DNA from: Candidatus Micrarchaeota archaeon
GTDB taxonomy: Archaea > Micrarchaeota > Micrarchaeia > Norongarragalinales > SBBD01
Assembly (NCBI GenBank): GCA_018819225.1
Contig: JAHJQN010000003.1
Coordinates: forward strand, 1-64,000
Length of the DNA stretch: 64,000 nucleotides
Direction of reading: 5' to 3'
Positions 45,482 through 55,574 of the stretch are shown in pieces. The notes below the pieces were generated by a model. That model was not told the origin of the DNA. It ran no database searches and was given only the letters and a program-made list of their open reading frames with translations. The position numbers were made by a program, and so were the translations under genes. How positions within the stretch are numbered: the first letter of the stretch is position 1; the number at the start of each line of letters is the position of its first letter.

Positions 45482-48400
45482 CTAATTCGCGTTCCCAGCC
45501 GGTTGGACCGTCAACTTCCCGTACTCGGTATCGCCAGTTGTCGCGCCAGGTGCTATCGGAATATCGGCGCATGTGATAGTGTAGGTGCCAGTTGAATCCG
45601 GAGCGTTGAAATGGAATTTTTCGCCATTTATCAACTGCTCTGCTTGATTCTTGAGGACTTGGTTTGCGATTATGAGTCCCGAAGTACAACGCGTAGAACC
45701 CGCCGGGATTTGAATGGTTAATTCGACTTCTTCACCGGGTTTGGCACTGATCGAATTGATATTACTTTGCGTGTTCAACGTCGCCTTCTTTGCTACGGGG
45801 GCAGGCGTAGGCTTAATGTTCTCGGGATTGGGAATCAGGGAAATCGCGGGGTCTCCGGACAAGCTAAGCATGTACGGATTCTTTGAATTCTTTCCGTAGA
45901 TCTCGAGGAGTGCTTCTTTCGCTTTCTTCAAAGCGGTTCCCAAAGGATATGAGACGTATGGGCTAAATATCTTCTTGGGGGAAAGACTTTCTCCCAGGGA
46001 AGCGTACGCTTTGGGCTCGTACGAGGTGTCGCGCACGCTTACCAAAGCACCTGCTCCTTTTCCGATGGTGAACGGCAATGACTTCCAGTCCTCCTGCCCT
46101 CCAACGAACACGATCGCGTCAGAGGAAAGGGTGTACGGCGGAAAGTCGAACTTGCCCGTGGGCGTTTTGTCGTAAAGTAAATCGTATTGCGTGCCCGCCT
46201 GATCCTTTACGGAAACTTCCTTGTCTAAAACGTGGTTTGAAATCAAGGAAAGCATTTTGGCATCCTTAATTTTCTGAATGTATCCATCGTTTGAAAGATC
46301 GCATCCGATGGCGGCTTCACCCAATCCGTATAGGCAGAATGGAGGTGCCATCAGGCATTCCTTCGCGTGGTCCTTGCACGCTTTTCCATCCAAGAAATAA
46401 TTCTCGGAAAATTGCCTCAACTTGTTGACTTCGTCGGGATAGGGATTCCAGCCATCCTTTTCATCTGCCGGACCCACGATAAAGTTCTCCCGATAGTTTG
46501 TAAGGGGCTTGAGCGCCTCCATGGTCTGCTGCATCGCCTTCTTCAACGAAGTCGTATCCGTTGCGTCGTCGCCTTCAAAACCCTGGATGCGGCCCACAGG
46601 AACCGCCAATTGTTTCGAGCCGAACAACATGCCGTAAGCGTCGTCGGAGTTTACCTTCGAATTATCGGAGACCTGCACTTCTCCGAGGGGAAGCACGCTC
46701 TCGTCTCCCAGTATCACTACCTGCTGGGCCTTGGTGCCTAACCGCACCTTGTCCATGGCTTGCATGTATTCTTCCGAGGTAGGATCTTCTGGTAACAGTA
46801 CGGAAGTCAGACCGAAATTGGAATAGAAATCGGGATCCGTGAGAATCACGAAACGCGTGACGTACGGATGTTCTGTCACGTATTTTTTCAACTCGTCATT
46901 CACGGAGGATAGTTTCAACTTGTTTGAAGTCACCACGAGGTTTTCCGCTTGGCACGGGATTTTTGCCGGAACTTGCACGGGCTTGCTCATCATGCCAGGC
47001 ACATTCACTTCAATGGCCTTGAAACCCCCGTCTTTGCAGAACCCGCAGAGCGGATCGTACGTAACCTTTAATGAATAGACGTTGCCGGACTTGGACGCTT
47101 TTTCAAAGCGGTCGGCAACGGTCAGGCAAGCACTTGCCTCGGGAAGCACCTTGAAAAAGATTTGCGGGGTTTTCTTGCCATTCCACCAATCCGCTTTGTC
47201 TATGGTGGCAGCTTTCTCGGCGATCTTATCGCGGGATATGACTTTCAGTTCTCCCTTCAAATTCTTTGAGTCAAATACGAGATCGTCGTAATTAACTTTT
47301 ATTGAAACTGCGGGCAAGGCTTCTTTTCTTCCGTTTGCATATGCTTCGTCGATGCCGGGTCGGTCCATTGGTTTACCGTCATTCGTAAGACCCGCAGCAA
47401 ATGTAAACTCGGCAAGCGTAGCAAGCATGCCGTAAATCCCAGAATCCGCTTTCTCCGGAACTAAGGTGCAATAATCGAGGGATACTACGTTATTACTATT
47501 TGGGGCAGCGCAGTCAAGGCCGGTAGGCGAATCGTGGGGAGCACACGACTTTGCTTGGGAAATAGGAATACCGAATTTGTCCATCAGACCCAATAAACCA
47601 TTTTCATCTTCAACGAAGGACGTACAAAGCGCCTTACCTTGTTCATCAAATATGCTGAGGCCGAGTTTGACGAGCCGAACGTCTAAGCTAGGATCGTATT
47701 CGGTGTTTGTGGGGAAAAAGGAAGGCCACGAACTGGGAATTTCCGTGAATTCTTTGGTGTAGCTCTCGGTCTTCTCTTCGAGCTTATCGAAATCGCGGAC
47801 GAGAATGGAATAGGAGACTTGATATTTAGCGCCCCATGAACTCGGGTCTAAAACATTACCGGTATTCGTTGTGTTTGAAGGAGGGGCAACGGGAGTCGGC
47901 GTTGGTTTAGCGGGTTGGTCTCCGGTGAGCACGATTTTGTAGGCGAGGTTGGTGCGGCCCCAGTAACGGGCAGGGAAGCCGCGCGTAATGGTCTTATAAT
48001 TCTCATCTTCGATGGCTACGTAAACGCGGTATTCGCCGGGCTCGTGCGGAAATGTTTTTCTTTTTTTGGGTCCAAGTACGGGACAGCGGAATTTTACAAC
48101 CGTAACGAAGGGATTATCGGACTGGAATTGGTAGCTGCACAACCGGTGACCGTACCGTTCGTTGACGGGAACCAAATAAACGGACAAGCGCTCGTTCTTT
48201 TTCGTCGCTTGCGTTTTAATCTTGAAGAAAATGGGTTTGGATTCGTCTCCAATCTCAAACGTGGCGCCTTTCTCGTCAAGGTAGTTGGAATCGTCATCCA
48301 CGAAAATATCGAAAAGCGTAGGTTTGGCTTCGGGGAGAACGGGATCGCCACGGTCTACTTTCGGTAAACACGCCGATCCCATCGAAAGACAATCGGTCCA

Positions 48401-48544
48401 GTAGATGGCAGAAGAAAGGGACGGTTCAGAAGGCTTAAGCTGGTCTGGATTAATGAAGTTGGTAGTAACGGCATTCACGTTCGGAGAAATAGAGACCAGA
48501 AGTATCAGGAAAAAAGCAGCGCAACCTATCCAGAACGGTTTCAT
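45482..48544 (-). CDS. Large secreted protein with C25-like domain and C-terminal Ig-like domain; paralogue of 41739-44957
   Basis: Signal peptide; 'VVILGDESVLP', 'SDDAYG', 'VPVGRI', 'PLGTAL', 'LSGDPA'. Confidence 0.75.
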   Translation of the reverse strand: MKPFWIGCAAFFLILLVSISPNVNAVTTNFINPDQLKPSEPSLSSAIYWTDCLSMGSACLPKVDRGDPVLPEAKPTLFDIFVDDDSNYLDEKGATFEIGDESKPIFFKIKTQATKKNERLSVYLVPVNERYGHRLCSYQFQSDNPFVTVVKFRCPVLGPKKRKTFPHEPGEYRVYVAIEDENYKTITRGFPARYWGRTNLAYKIVLTGDQPAKPTPTPVAPPSNTTNTGNVLDPSSWGAKYQVSYSILVRDFDKLEEKTESYTKEFTEIPSSWPSFFPTNTEYDPSLDVRLVKLGLSIFDEQGKALCTSFVEDENGLLGLMDKFGIPISQAKSCAPHDSPTGLDCAAPNSNNVVSLDYCTLVPEKADSGIYGMLATLAEFTFAAGLTNDGKPMDRPGIDEAYANGRKEALPAVSIKVNYDDLVFDSKNLKGELKVISRDKIAEKAATIDKADWWNGKKTPQIFFKVLPEASACLTVADRFEKASKSGNVYSLKVTYDPLCGFCKDGGFKAIEVNVPGMMSKPVQVPAKIPCQAENLVVTSNKLKLSSVNDELKKYVTEHPYVTRFVILTDPDFYSNFGLTSVLLPEDPTSEEYMQAMDKVRLGTKAQQVVILGDESVLPLGEVQVSDNSKVNSDDAYGMLFGSKQLAVPVGRIQGFEGDDATDTTSLKKAMQQTMEALKPLTNYRENFIVGPADEKDGWNPYPDEVNKLRQFSENYFLDGKACKDHAKECLMAPPFCLYGLGEAAIGCDLSNDGYIQKIKDAKMLSLISNHVLDKEVSVKDQAGTQYDLLYDKTPTGKFDFPPYTLSSDAIVFVGGQEDWKSLPFTIGKGAGALVSVRDTSYEPKAYASLGESLSPKKIFSPYVSYPLGTALKKAKEALLEIYGKNSKNPYMLSLSGDPAISLIPNPENIKPTPAPVAKKATLNTQSNINSISAKPGEEVELTIQIPAGSTRCTSGLIIANQVLKNQAEQLINGEKFHFNAPDSTGTYTITCADIPIAPGATTGDTEYGKLTVQPAGNAN

Positions 48545-48634
48545 GTTTCAACCACCATCGAAGGTATTAATATGGTAACCAACTATAAAACATCTTTTAA
48601 AAAGGTTGCGCAGAGGAAAAAAAGAGAAAAAATC

Positions 48635-49111
48635 ATGGGAACGTATTTTTCAACGTCGAGAAGACCGTCACAGCTCACGCGCCGAATCGTGCGCAAGCTC
48701 GCGTACCTGCTGCAAGGCAAGTATGAAAATCGAGGCAAGCGAAGCGGGGAAGAGCTTGCGGAGAGAGCGCAGCACTTTGGTTTCTCACGCGTATGCTTTC
48801 TTTATGAAAAGAACGGAAACCCCAGCGAAATGCAGTTCTTTGACGTGGAAAAAGGATGGCTGGAAGAAAAAGTGCGCGTGCTGGGAGTGAGAGAATTTGA
48901 GCGGAACAAGAGAGCACCGAAAGAATTGCTGTTGAAAGCTCATGATGCGGCAGGAAAGAAAATGAAAGAGCTGTTCATGCTGGAGGATAGCGAAGTGGAC
49001 GGGCTGGAGGAAGAGGAAGCCGTGGTAGTGGAAATGAACGCGCAGCGGATCGCTTTGAAAGCCAAGGGAGAGGCGGCGCTGGAGTTGCGCGTGAAGTTGG
49101 AGAAAGCGTGA
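48635..49111 (+). CDS. Brix-domain ribosome biogenesis protein (archaeal Imp4-like)
   Basis: 'STSRRPSQLTRR....LA...GKYENRGK.S...YEKNGNPS'; start MGTYF at 48635. Confidence 0.8.
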   Translation: MGTYFSTSRRPSQLTRRIVRKLAYLLQGKYENRGKRSGEELAERAQHFGFSRVCFLYEKNGNPSEMQFFDVEKGWLEEKVRVLGVREFERNKRAPKELLLKAHDAAGKKMKELFMLEDSEVDGLEEEEAVVVEMNAQRIALKAKGEAALELRVKLEKA

Positions 49112-49165
49112 GGAAGTACTCGAAAGCTTTTTTATTGCTCGTGAATTAAGCGGTAGTGATTGCCT

Positions 49166-49414
49166 ATGCCTTTGAACCCCGAAGTCAAGAAAGCGTTTGA
49201 TAAAGTCCACGCGAAACTCGAGCTATTGAACAAAGGGCAAGAGGAGAGCAAAGAAAAACTGTTTGACCTCGCGGAATTCGACGAGAAAGTGGAAAAGGTC
49301 GTGGAAGAGAAGGTGCTGGAGATCAAGGGAGTCGCGTACATGATTCTCATCATCGTAGCGATTCTATTAGCGATTGTTTTGGGCGCGTTGCTGCGCCTCT
49401 ACTTCGGAGAGTGA
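49166..49414 (+). CDS. Small coiled-coil protein with C-terminal TM anchor
   Basis: Charged helical N-terminus, hydrophobic tail; operonic with tpiA. Confidence 0.6.
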   Translation: MPLNPEVKKAFDKVHAKLELLNKGQEESKEKLFDLAEFDEKVEKVVEEKVLEIKGVAYMILIIVAILLAIVLGALLRLYFGE

Positions 49415-49424
49415 AAAAAATAGG

Positions 49425-50105
49425 ATGAAAACACCGGTTATTGCATTGAATCTTAAAACGTACAAGGAAGCCGCGGGGTATAAAGCGGAAAAATTGGCGG
49501 TCATGGCTAAAGAGCTCGCGAATCGAAGCGATAAACATGTGATCGTTTGCCCCCAGAATCCGGAGCTCGCGTATCTGGCACGCAAATATGCGTCGGAGAA
49601 AAACTTCTCCGTTTATGGACAGCACGTGGACGCGGAAAAACAAGGCGCGTTCACGGGAAGCATCGTTCCCGAAACGTTGCGGGATGCCGGCGCGAAAGGA
49701 AGTTTGCTGAACCACGCGGAAAAGAAAGTGGGTTTGGAAACCGTTGAAAAAACCATTGCGCGGGCTAAAGAAGCGGGAATCGAATTGATTGTTTGCGCGG
49801 ATTCCGTTCAAGAAGCCATAGCGATCGCAAAATTTCGCCCGCCGTGCATCGCCGTAGAACCACCGGAATTGATTGGAAAAGGCGTTTCCATAAGTACGGC
49901 TAAACCGGACGCGATATTAAAATGCGTGAAAGAGATTAAGACAATTGACCCGGCCATCGTCGTGCTCGTGGGTGCAGGCGTTTCAACGGCCGAGGATGTA
50001 CGGAAGTCGAGGGAGCTTGGAGCGGAAGGCGTTCTGCTCGCGAGCGCATTCGCAAAGAACAAGAGTCCGCGAACCCTTTTGGAGCAGATGCTGCAGCAGC
50101 TTTAA
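49425..50105 (+). CDS. tpiA: Triosephosphate isomerase (archaeal type)
   Basis: 'NLKTY', 'QHVD', 'LLNHAE', 'AVEPPELIG', 'GVLLASA'. Confidence 0.96.
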   Translation: MKTPVIALNLKTYKEAAGYKAEKLAVMAKELANRSDKHVIVCPQNPELAYLARKYASEKNFSVYGQHVDAEKQGAFTGSIVPETLRDAGAKGSLLNHAEKKVGLETVEKTIARAKEAGIELIVCADSVQEAIAIAKFRPPCIAVEPPELIGKGVSISTAKPDAILKCVKEIKTIDPAIVVLVGAGVSTAEDVRKSRELGAEGVLLASAFAKNKSPRTLLEQMLQQL

Positions 50106-50129
50106 CGAATCCGCCGGCTAACAATAGAA

Positions 50130-51080
50130 TTAGGAACACGTGACGGATACCCCGTACGTGAGCGCGCTGGGAACATCGAGCTTGAACCAGCCGTACGTCG
50201 CGTTGTTGACGGTGCAGCCATCGATGTCCGTGGAGGCAAAGTAAAGGTAATCCACGACGGTCTGATTGGTTTTCACAGGTATTCCCACGCCCGACAGTTG
50301 CATGAGATCCACGAAACTCTCCATACCCTCGTTTCCGCTCACGTTGTACTTCGCTGAAAGATTTAATTGGCCTTCCATGCGGTCTAAAAAGCTCGCGCCC
50401 GCGCTGGAATTCCCGTAGAGCCGCAAAACCGACGCGTTGTTCACGTCGAAAATTCCGTATATGGAGCCATTGGACCGGTTGACCACGCGTTTGACGAACC
50501 CGTTCGTGTAAAGAGGGTAGAGCGGATCCTCAAATCCTTCCACGGAAACCAAAGCGTATTCCCGGTAGACGCGATCCACCTGTATTTGCGTCAGCGAATC
50601 CAACGATTTGACGGACATGGTCATGGAGAAATTGAGCGTAAACGAGTCGGCCGGAACCACGGTGAGATCTAGAATTTCAATCTCGGTTTGAAGACCGAAT
50701 CGAGAGCCCAATAATTCCATTTCATTCGCCCAATCCATCAACCCACTCCCATTCATGAACGAAGAGTTTTGGCCGTAGAGAGTGGAGTTAAGCATGAGTT
50801 CCGTCAATCGCAATTGCGCATCATCCAATGCCGTACCGTTGGCATCGATTTCGTTCAGCGCCGCAACAAAAGCGAGTTTGGAAGTGATATCGAGGATGCG
50901 GGGAACATCTAAGGATATGGATTCCATGTAATTCGCGAGTTCGGCGCCCCGGACTTTCAGAACCGTGTGTTCGTCTTGCGTTCGAACGGATTCCAAATAG
51001 ACGAGGACGTAAAACAATAGGGGGGCCAGAATAACGATGACCATGATCGAGAAGAAAATGCCGCGGAATTTCACGTCCAT
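50130..51080 (-). CDS. Pilin-like protein (class III signal peptide)
   Basis: 'KFRG/IFFSIMVIVILAPLL'; 'EGFEDPLYPL.TNG...R' motif; in pilus operon; start at 51080. Confidence 0.7.
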   Translation of the reverse strand: MDVKFRGIFFSIMVIVILAPLLFYVLVYLESVRTQDEHTVLKVRGAELANYMESISLDVPRILDITSKLAFVAALNEIDANGTALDDAQLRLTELMLNSTLYGQNSSFMNGSGLMDWANEMELLGSRFGLQTEIEILDLTVVPADSFTLNFSMTMSVKSLDSLTQIQVDRVYREYALVSVEGFEDPLYPLYTNGFVKRVVNRSNGSIYGIFDVNNASVLRLYGNSSAGASFLDRMEGQLNLSAKYNVSGNEGMESFVDLMQLSGVGIPVKTNQTVVDYLYFASTDIDGCTVNNATYGWFKLDVPSALTYGVSVTCS

Positions 51081-54000
51081 ACCACCATGCTGATGTCCAC
51101 GGGACCCCAAATGTACGGAATGAACGTCAACACATCCGTTTCAACCCGAACATTCGAGGAGAGGATGACATCCACCGGATTGTTTTCCGAACCGGAACGG
51201 CCGAAGTTGGCGCCCGTGATCACGAAATTGATTTGGTCCAGTAATCGCAAAAGGGAATCATGCAAGGCATTGTTGATGGGATCCAAATCCTCCACCAGAA
51301 TGGGAGTGGCATTGAATCCCGGGAGACCGGCACCGATGGCCACGTAGACAAACCCGTCCTCGATGCCATCGTGATCCGTATCGTAATAAACCGTGACATT
51401 GCTGCCGTTCATTTCCTCAAAAACGCCTTCGAACGGAGCGTAGGCGCGCAAACGGAGGTTATAGATGACGCGGTTGCGGTCCGAACACGTCGGATTCACG
51501 TGAGAAACATTGAATCCGAGTTCGTCGCGTATTTGATTGGTTTCGTTTGGAGCCAACAAATTGATGGGAAGATAGACGTGATACGGATCGCCGAGATCCG
51601 TGTAGTTCGGGCCGTGAACCGACAAATTGAAAATGTTCTGCCATCCCCCGCCCGTCAACGAACTTTGCAGGTAAGCCCCTTTCGTCCAATAGAAACCCGA
51701 ATAGGAAGTGAGTTTGGCATCCGTAATCGTCATACCCGGCGGAATGAGGAAGCTTCCATCGCATCCGGGAAATGCGGCGGTTTCCGCATTGAGCGTAATT
51801 TCCTGGTATGCCGGAGGCGGGATATCGGGGTCGTAGACGATCTTGATGTACGAAGACGGATCGAGAATCGAGTCCGTCAGATTGCCTTGCGTCATGACTT
51901 GTTGCGTCGTGGTGACGCTGGTAAGAATATTCTCGACAATTTGACAATAAATGGTTTGAAGTTCCGAGGCGTTGGAACTGCTGTACGAGCTTCCGTTTCC
52001 GGCCAGCGCGATTTGAGTCACCGTATCGTTCCCGAGATTACAGGATGAAATGGGTCCGAATCCAACGGAATCAACCGTAACGTTAATGAGGTCTCGGAAC
52101 GCGCGATAGGAGGAATAATTGGCATTGAGGGCGGGCCATGAATCGGAAACCGAAAGGCTGCAGCTGTCATCATCACTGCAATAAATTCCGGTGGTGAGGT
52201 TCCCATGATAATACACGGGAGCGTACGTGCGAGCCCACGTCGTGCCATCCCATTCCCACACATCATAATCTCCTACCGCGTAAGCCATCGAGGAATTGAC
52301 GAGGTGAATTCCGTACAGGGCAGCACCCGTATTGACGGCTTGACTCCACGAGGACCCGTCCCATTCGTAAATGCGGTTGTTCGTGGTAACGGAAAATGCC
52401 GTGTTGGCATCGAGAATAGCCGCATCACGATGCGTATTACTGCCGGTATCCTCTTCTTCAGACCACGCACCTCCCAGCCAGCGATAAATCTTTCCGCTGC
52501 TTCCCACGGCGAGCGCATTCGTATTGCCATAAGTAGCCACCCCGTACAACGTTCCGCTGCCCATATCCTGAAACTCGTACCAGCCCGTTCCATCCCACGC
52601 CCAAATCTTATTGCTTTGACCAACGGCCCAAGCCCACGAGCTGTTTTGGAACGCTATGGCCAATACATCATTGCTACCGAAATCCGCGTCCTGCGCCCAA
52701 TTGCTTCCATCCCATCGCCAAATCCTGGAGCTATCTCCACCTGAAAATGCCAATGTTTCATTAAACATATCCACGCCGAAAATGTTGAGAGTCCCCAGGT
52801 CCTGTTCCAGCAACCACGCGGTTCCGTTCCAGTAATAGATTTCTCCGGCGTCGCCAACTGCCCTCGCCAGCGTGCGGTTAAGCGCAGACACGTGATTGAG
52901 ATCCGTCGTGGTTTGACCCGTTGTTTCCGGACTCCACGGAGGATGCCGTAACGCAAAACCCCCGCTGTCTGCCACCGCCAGATCGAGATCCGCATCGTTC
53001 ATGTAATTGCAGGAAGGCGTTGACCGATAATTCGCTACCCCGTCGGTCATCACCACAATATATTTGGAGCGGTTCGGACCGCTTTCCGAAGCCAGAATTT
53101 CGTAGGCGCGGTTAATGGCACACGAAACGCACGTTCCACCGCCTGCAGAATACAAATCCACTTGAGACGTCAAGTAACCGATATCGTCCGTAAGACTTTC
53201 CCAGTTATTGGCTTGCGTACTAAAGCCCACGAGTCCCACGTTGTTTCCAGGCGTGGGCGTTCCACCCGTGCACACGGACTCGTTACCGCCCAGCACCGCG
53301 TTGATGAACCATTTATCGAGACAGCGAGCGAGGGAAATGCGGCTGGTAGAGGACAAGAAGAGATCGGGGTCGCTGCAATTCGTAATGGAATTCCCGCCTA
53401 CTCCATCCTGATCCAGGCGCCAATTCATGCTGCCGGACAAGTCCGTGATAAGCGCGATGTCAACGGTTCCGTTGATGAGACCGCCGGTCAGGTTCGCGCT
53501 GACCAGCATTCGAAGCGGAATCGTGGTGTTGCTCAAATCAATGAACGTCACGTTATGGTCGCTGAAATTCTGCTGAAAATCGGAATTCTGGATGCGGATG
53601 GTCTGCGAGGAATTGGTGCCGGTGTGATTGAGAACGGTCGTGTTCCCAATCATGAGAACCGTCGAATAATTGTGCCCCGTAAAGAAGGTTACATTGGCAT
53701 TCATGGTCGTAATGTTTCCGGGAACGTAAAACGAATCGTACAAGTTAACCAGTCCGTGAATTCCGGGAAAATGGTAGTAAAGCACGTTGTCGGAATCGCT
53801 ATAAAGTTCTTGCGTGGAATAAACGAGTTTCAAGAACCCACCGCCCACGAATTGATCGGTAAAGTTGGAGCCGGAAGAGAAATTAAGGGAAAAATTGTTG
53901 ACACCGCTTGAGACGATATCATCGAGGCAAGCCGGCGCGGTAATCGTCCAATTGTCGACCGTGAAATTGCCGGGGGAAACGCTCATGGATTGACAAAACA

Positions 54001-54682
54001 CGTTATTGACATAAAAATCGAAATCGGCGCCGCCGTTCAGCTCCATATAGATCTTTGAAACGTTGGCGTCCGAAGGAAGATCATGAATGGTGGCGGTGAT
54101 GTTTCCTTGTCCTACGAACCCCCCGAAGAAGAAATAGGAGGCCAAATCGGTTCCAATAATGTTCTCGAGGTATGCCCGCGCCACAATGCCCGTCAAGGGA
54201 GCGGTTCGACTGAACCCGGATGCGGCGCGGCGGCTGACCGTGGTCGTCAGAATGGACGCATTGATTCGATCCGTGGTGTTGTAAATCACGTCCCCTCCTA
54301 TCTGAAGCTCCCAACCCATATTCGCGGGTAAAAAGGGAGAGAGAAGCTGTTGCGTCACATTATGGGCATCGCTGAGGTTGCTGGGATTGTTCGCGCTCCA
54401 AAACAAGCCAATCGCATTGAGTAAGGACGCGTTCAAATCCGAATCTTGAAGAACGCCTCGTTGAAATAAGTCGTCAATAGCGGGTTCATTGCGCACGTCG
54501 GAAATTTTCACCAATGCCACGACATCCACGGAATCCTCCGCAAGAAAATGCAGATACTCCGTGGTGTGATGGGTGGGAACCGGTTGGGAACTGATGAGCA
54601 ATAGAACCGGAATCGTCGAGACGACCACGAGTAACGCAAACGATGCATCTAATGTGAATACAATACTTTTCCTCAATCCCAT
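51071..54682 (-). CDS. Large pilin-like adhesin with vWA domain and beta-propeller repeats
   Basis: 'RKS/IVFTLDA' class III-like N-terminus; MIDAS 'DLSGSM', 'VMTDG'; repeated 'WxWDGxxW' blades; many N-x-S/T sequons. Confidence 0.85.
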   Translation of the reverse strand: MGLRKSIVFTLDASFALLVVVSTIPVLLLISSQPVPTHHTTEYLHFLAEDSVDVVALVKISDVRNEPAIDDLFQRGVLQDSDLNASLLNAIGLFWSANNPSNLSDAHNVTQQLLSPFLPANMGWELQIGGDVIYNTTDRINASILTTTVSRRAASGFSRTAPLTGIVARAYLENIIGTDLASYFFFGGFVGQGNITATIHDLPSDANVSKIYMELNGGADFDFYVNNVFCQSMSVSPGNFTVDNWTITAPACLDDIVSSGVNNFSLNFSSGSNFTDQFVGGGFLKLVYSTQELYSDSDNVLYYHFPGIHGLVNLYDSFYVPGNITTMNANVTFFTGHNYSTVLMIGNTTVLNHTGTNSSQTIRIQNSDFQQNFSDHNVTFIDLSNTTIPLRMLVSANLTGGLINGTVDIALITDLSGSMNWRLDQDGVGGNSITNCSDPDLFLSSTSRISLARCLDKWFINAVLGGNESVCTGGTPTPGNNVGLVGFSTQANNWESLTDDIGYLTSQVDLYSAGGGTCVSCAINRAYEILASESGPNRSKYIVVMTDGVANYRSTPSCNYMNDADLDLAVADSGGFALRHPPWSPETTGQTTTDLNHVSALNRTLARAVGDAGEIYYWNGTAWLLEQDLGTLNIFGVDMFNETLAFSGGDSSRIWRWDGSNWAQDADFGSNDVLAIAFQNSSWAWAVGQSNKIWAWDGTGWYEFQDMGSGTLYGVATYGNTNALAVGSSGKIYRWLGGAWSEEEDTGSNTHRDAAILDANTAFSVTTNNRIYEWDGSSWSQAVNTGAALYGIHLVNSSMAYAVGDYDVWEWDGTTWARTYAPVYYHGNLTTGIYCSDDDSCSLSVSDSWPALNANYSSYRAFRDLINVTVDSVGFGPISSCNLGNDTVTQIALAGNGSSYSSSNASELQTIYCQIVENILTSVTTTQQVMTQGNLTDSILDPSSYIKIVYDPDIPPPAYQEITLNAETAAFPGCDGSFLIPPGMTITDAKLTSYSGFYWTKGAYLQSSLTGGGWQNIFNLSVHGPNYTDLGDPYHVYLPINLLAPNETNQIRDELGFNVSHVNPTCSDRNRVIYNLRLRAYAPFEGVFEEMNGSNVTVYYDTDHDGIEDGFVYVAIGAGLPGFNATPILVEDLDPINNALHDSLLRLLDQINFVITGANFGRSGSENNPVDVILSSNVRVETDVLTFIPYIWGPVDISMVVWT

Positions 54683-55185
54683 ACGACCACGTTCAAATTG
54701 ACGATCTGACGAGACGTTTCATTCCATTGAAGCAAAGCGATTCGGGTAACGGAAATCACGTCCCTTGCCGAAGAACTGTCTCGGCCAAACCTCGTTTCAT
54801 TCCCTTGAATCGTCAAGGGAGTTCCATTGGCATCCGTGACGGATACATTCAAGTCATACCGCGGAATGCCGATGAGACTTTTAATGTGATAATAATCGGA
54901 CTCCAGCGCGTTCATGAACAAGAGCACTTTAGTGACATTGAGTAGGTGTTCGGTATTCGCGAGACCCGCGCTTTGTACACTCGTTTCATTCCAGTCGGAA
55001 GGAGATCCCGGACTGCGCACCAGCATATCCGAAACCGCGAGGGCCCGGGAATGAATCATGCGCTGATTGGCCGACTCCACCGTATGAAAACGGATATTAT
55101 CCCACAAGGGAAGAATGAGGGCAAGCACCACGAGAAACACCAGTAGACCAATCGCAAAATCGCTGGAGAACATGCCCCTATTCAA
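54673..55185 (-). CDS. Minor pilin-like protein
   Basis: 'NRG/MFSSDFAIGLLVFL', 'SPGSPSDW...GLA'; TTG start at 55185. Confidence 0.75.
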   Translation of the reverse strand: MNRGMFSSDFAIGLLVFLVVLALILPLWDNIRFHTVESANQRMIHSRALAVSDMLVRSPGSPSDWNETSVQSAGLANTEHLLNVTKVLLFMNALESDYYHIKSLIGIPRYDLNVSVTDANGTPLTIQGNETRFGRDSSSARDVISVTRIALLQWNETSRQIVNLNVVVWD

Positions 55186-55573
55186 GGTAAACCACCCCGC
55201 CTTCGTTGCGAACCTGAACGGAATAGCCCGCAATATTTAAATTGAAATTCGTCGTGGATACCGGCGCGGAATAACTGAAATTCTCGGTGCCCCATATGAC
55301 GACCACGCGTTGTTCATCCGGAAAACCCGTCACGGCATAGGTTTCGCCGTCCAAATGGGAGGGAATAGTAAAATTAGCGGAGTATCCATCACCGACGGAA
55401 ACCGCCGTATTGATGTGCGCGGCCAACAACTGGCCGATTCGCTCGCCTTCCACCAGCGAACGCGCCCGTAACACTTCATTATTTCGCTCGAAAGAAACCC
55501 AAAGAAAAACCATGAGCAAAATAATCATGAATCCAACATAGGTAGTGAGCTCGATGCCCGATTGCGCCCGAAT
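55178..55573 (-). CDS. Pilin-like protein with apparent non-canonical ATT start
   Basis: The frame extends upstream to (I)RAQSGIELTTYVGFMIILL; 'INTAVSVGDGYS..F.IP' pilin motif. Confidence 0.7.
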   Translation of the reverse strand: MRAQSGIELTTYVGFMIILLMVFLWVSFERNNEVLRARSLVEGERIGQLLAAHINTAVSVGDGYSANFTIPSHLDGETYAVTGFPDEQRVVVIWGTENFSYSAPVSTTNFNLNIAGYSVQVRNEGGVVYLE

Positions 55574-55574
55574 G

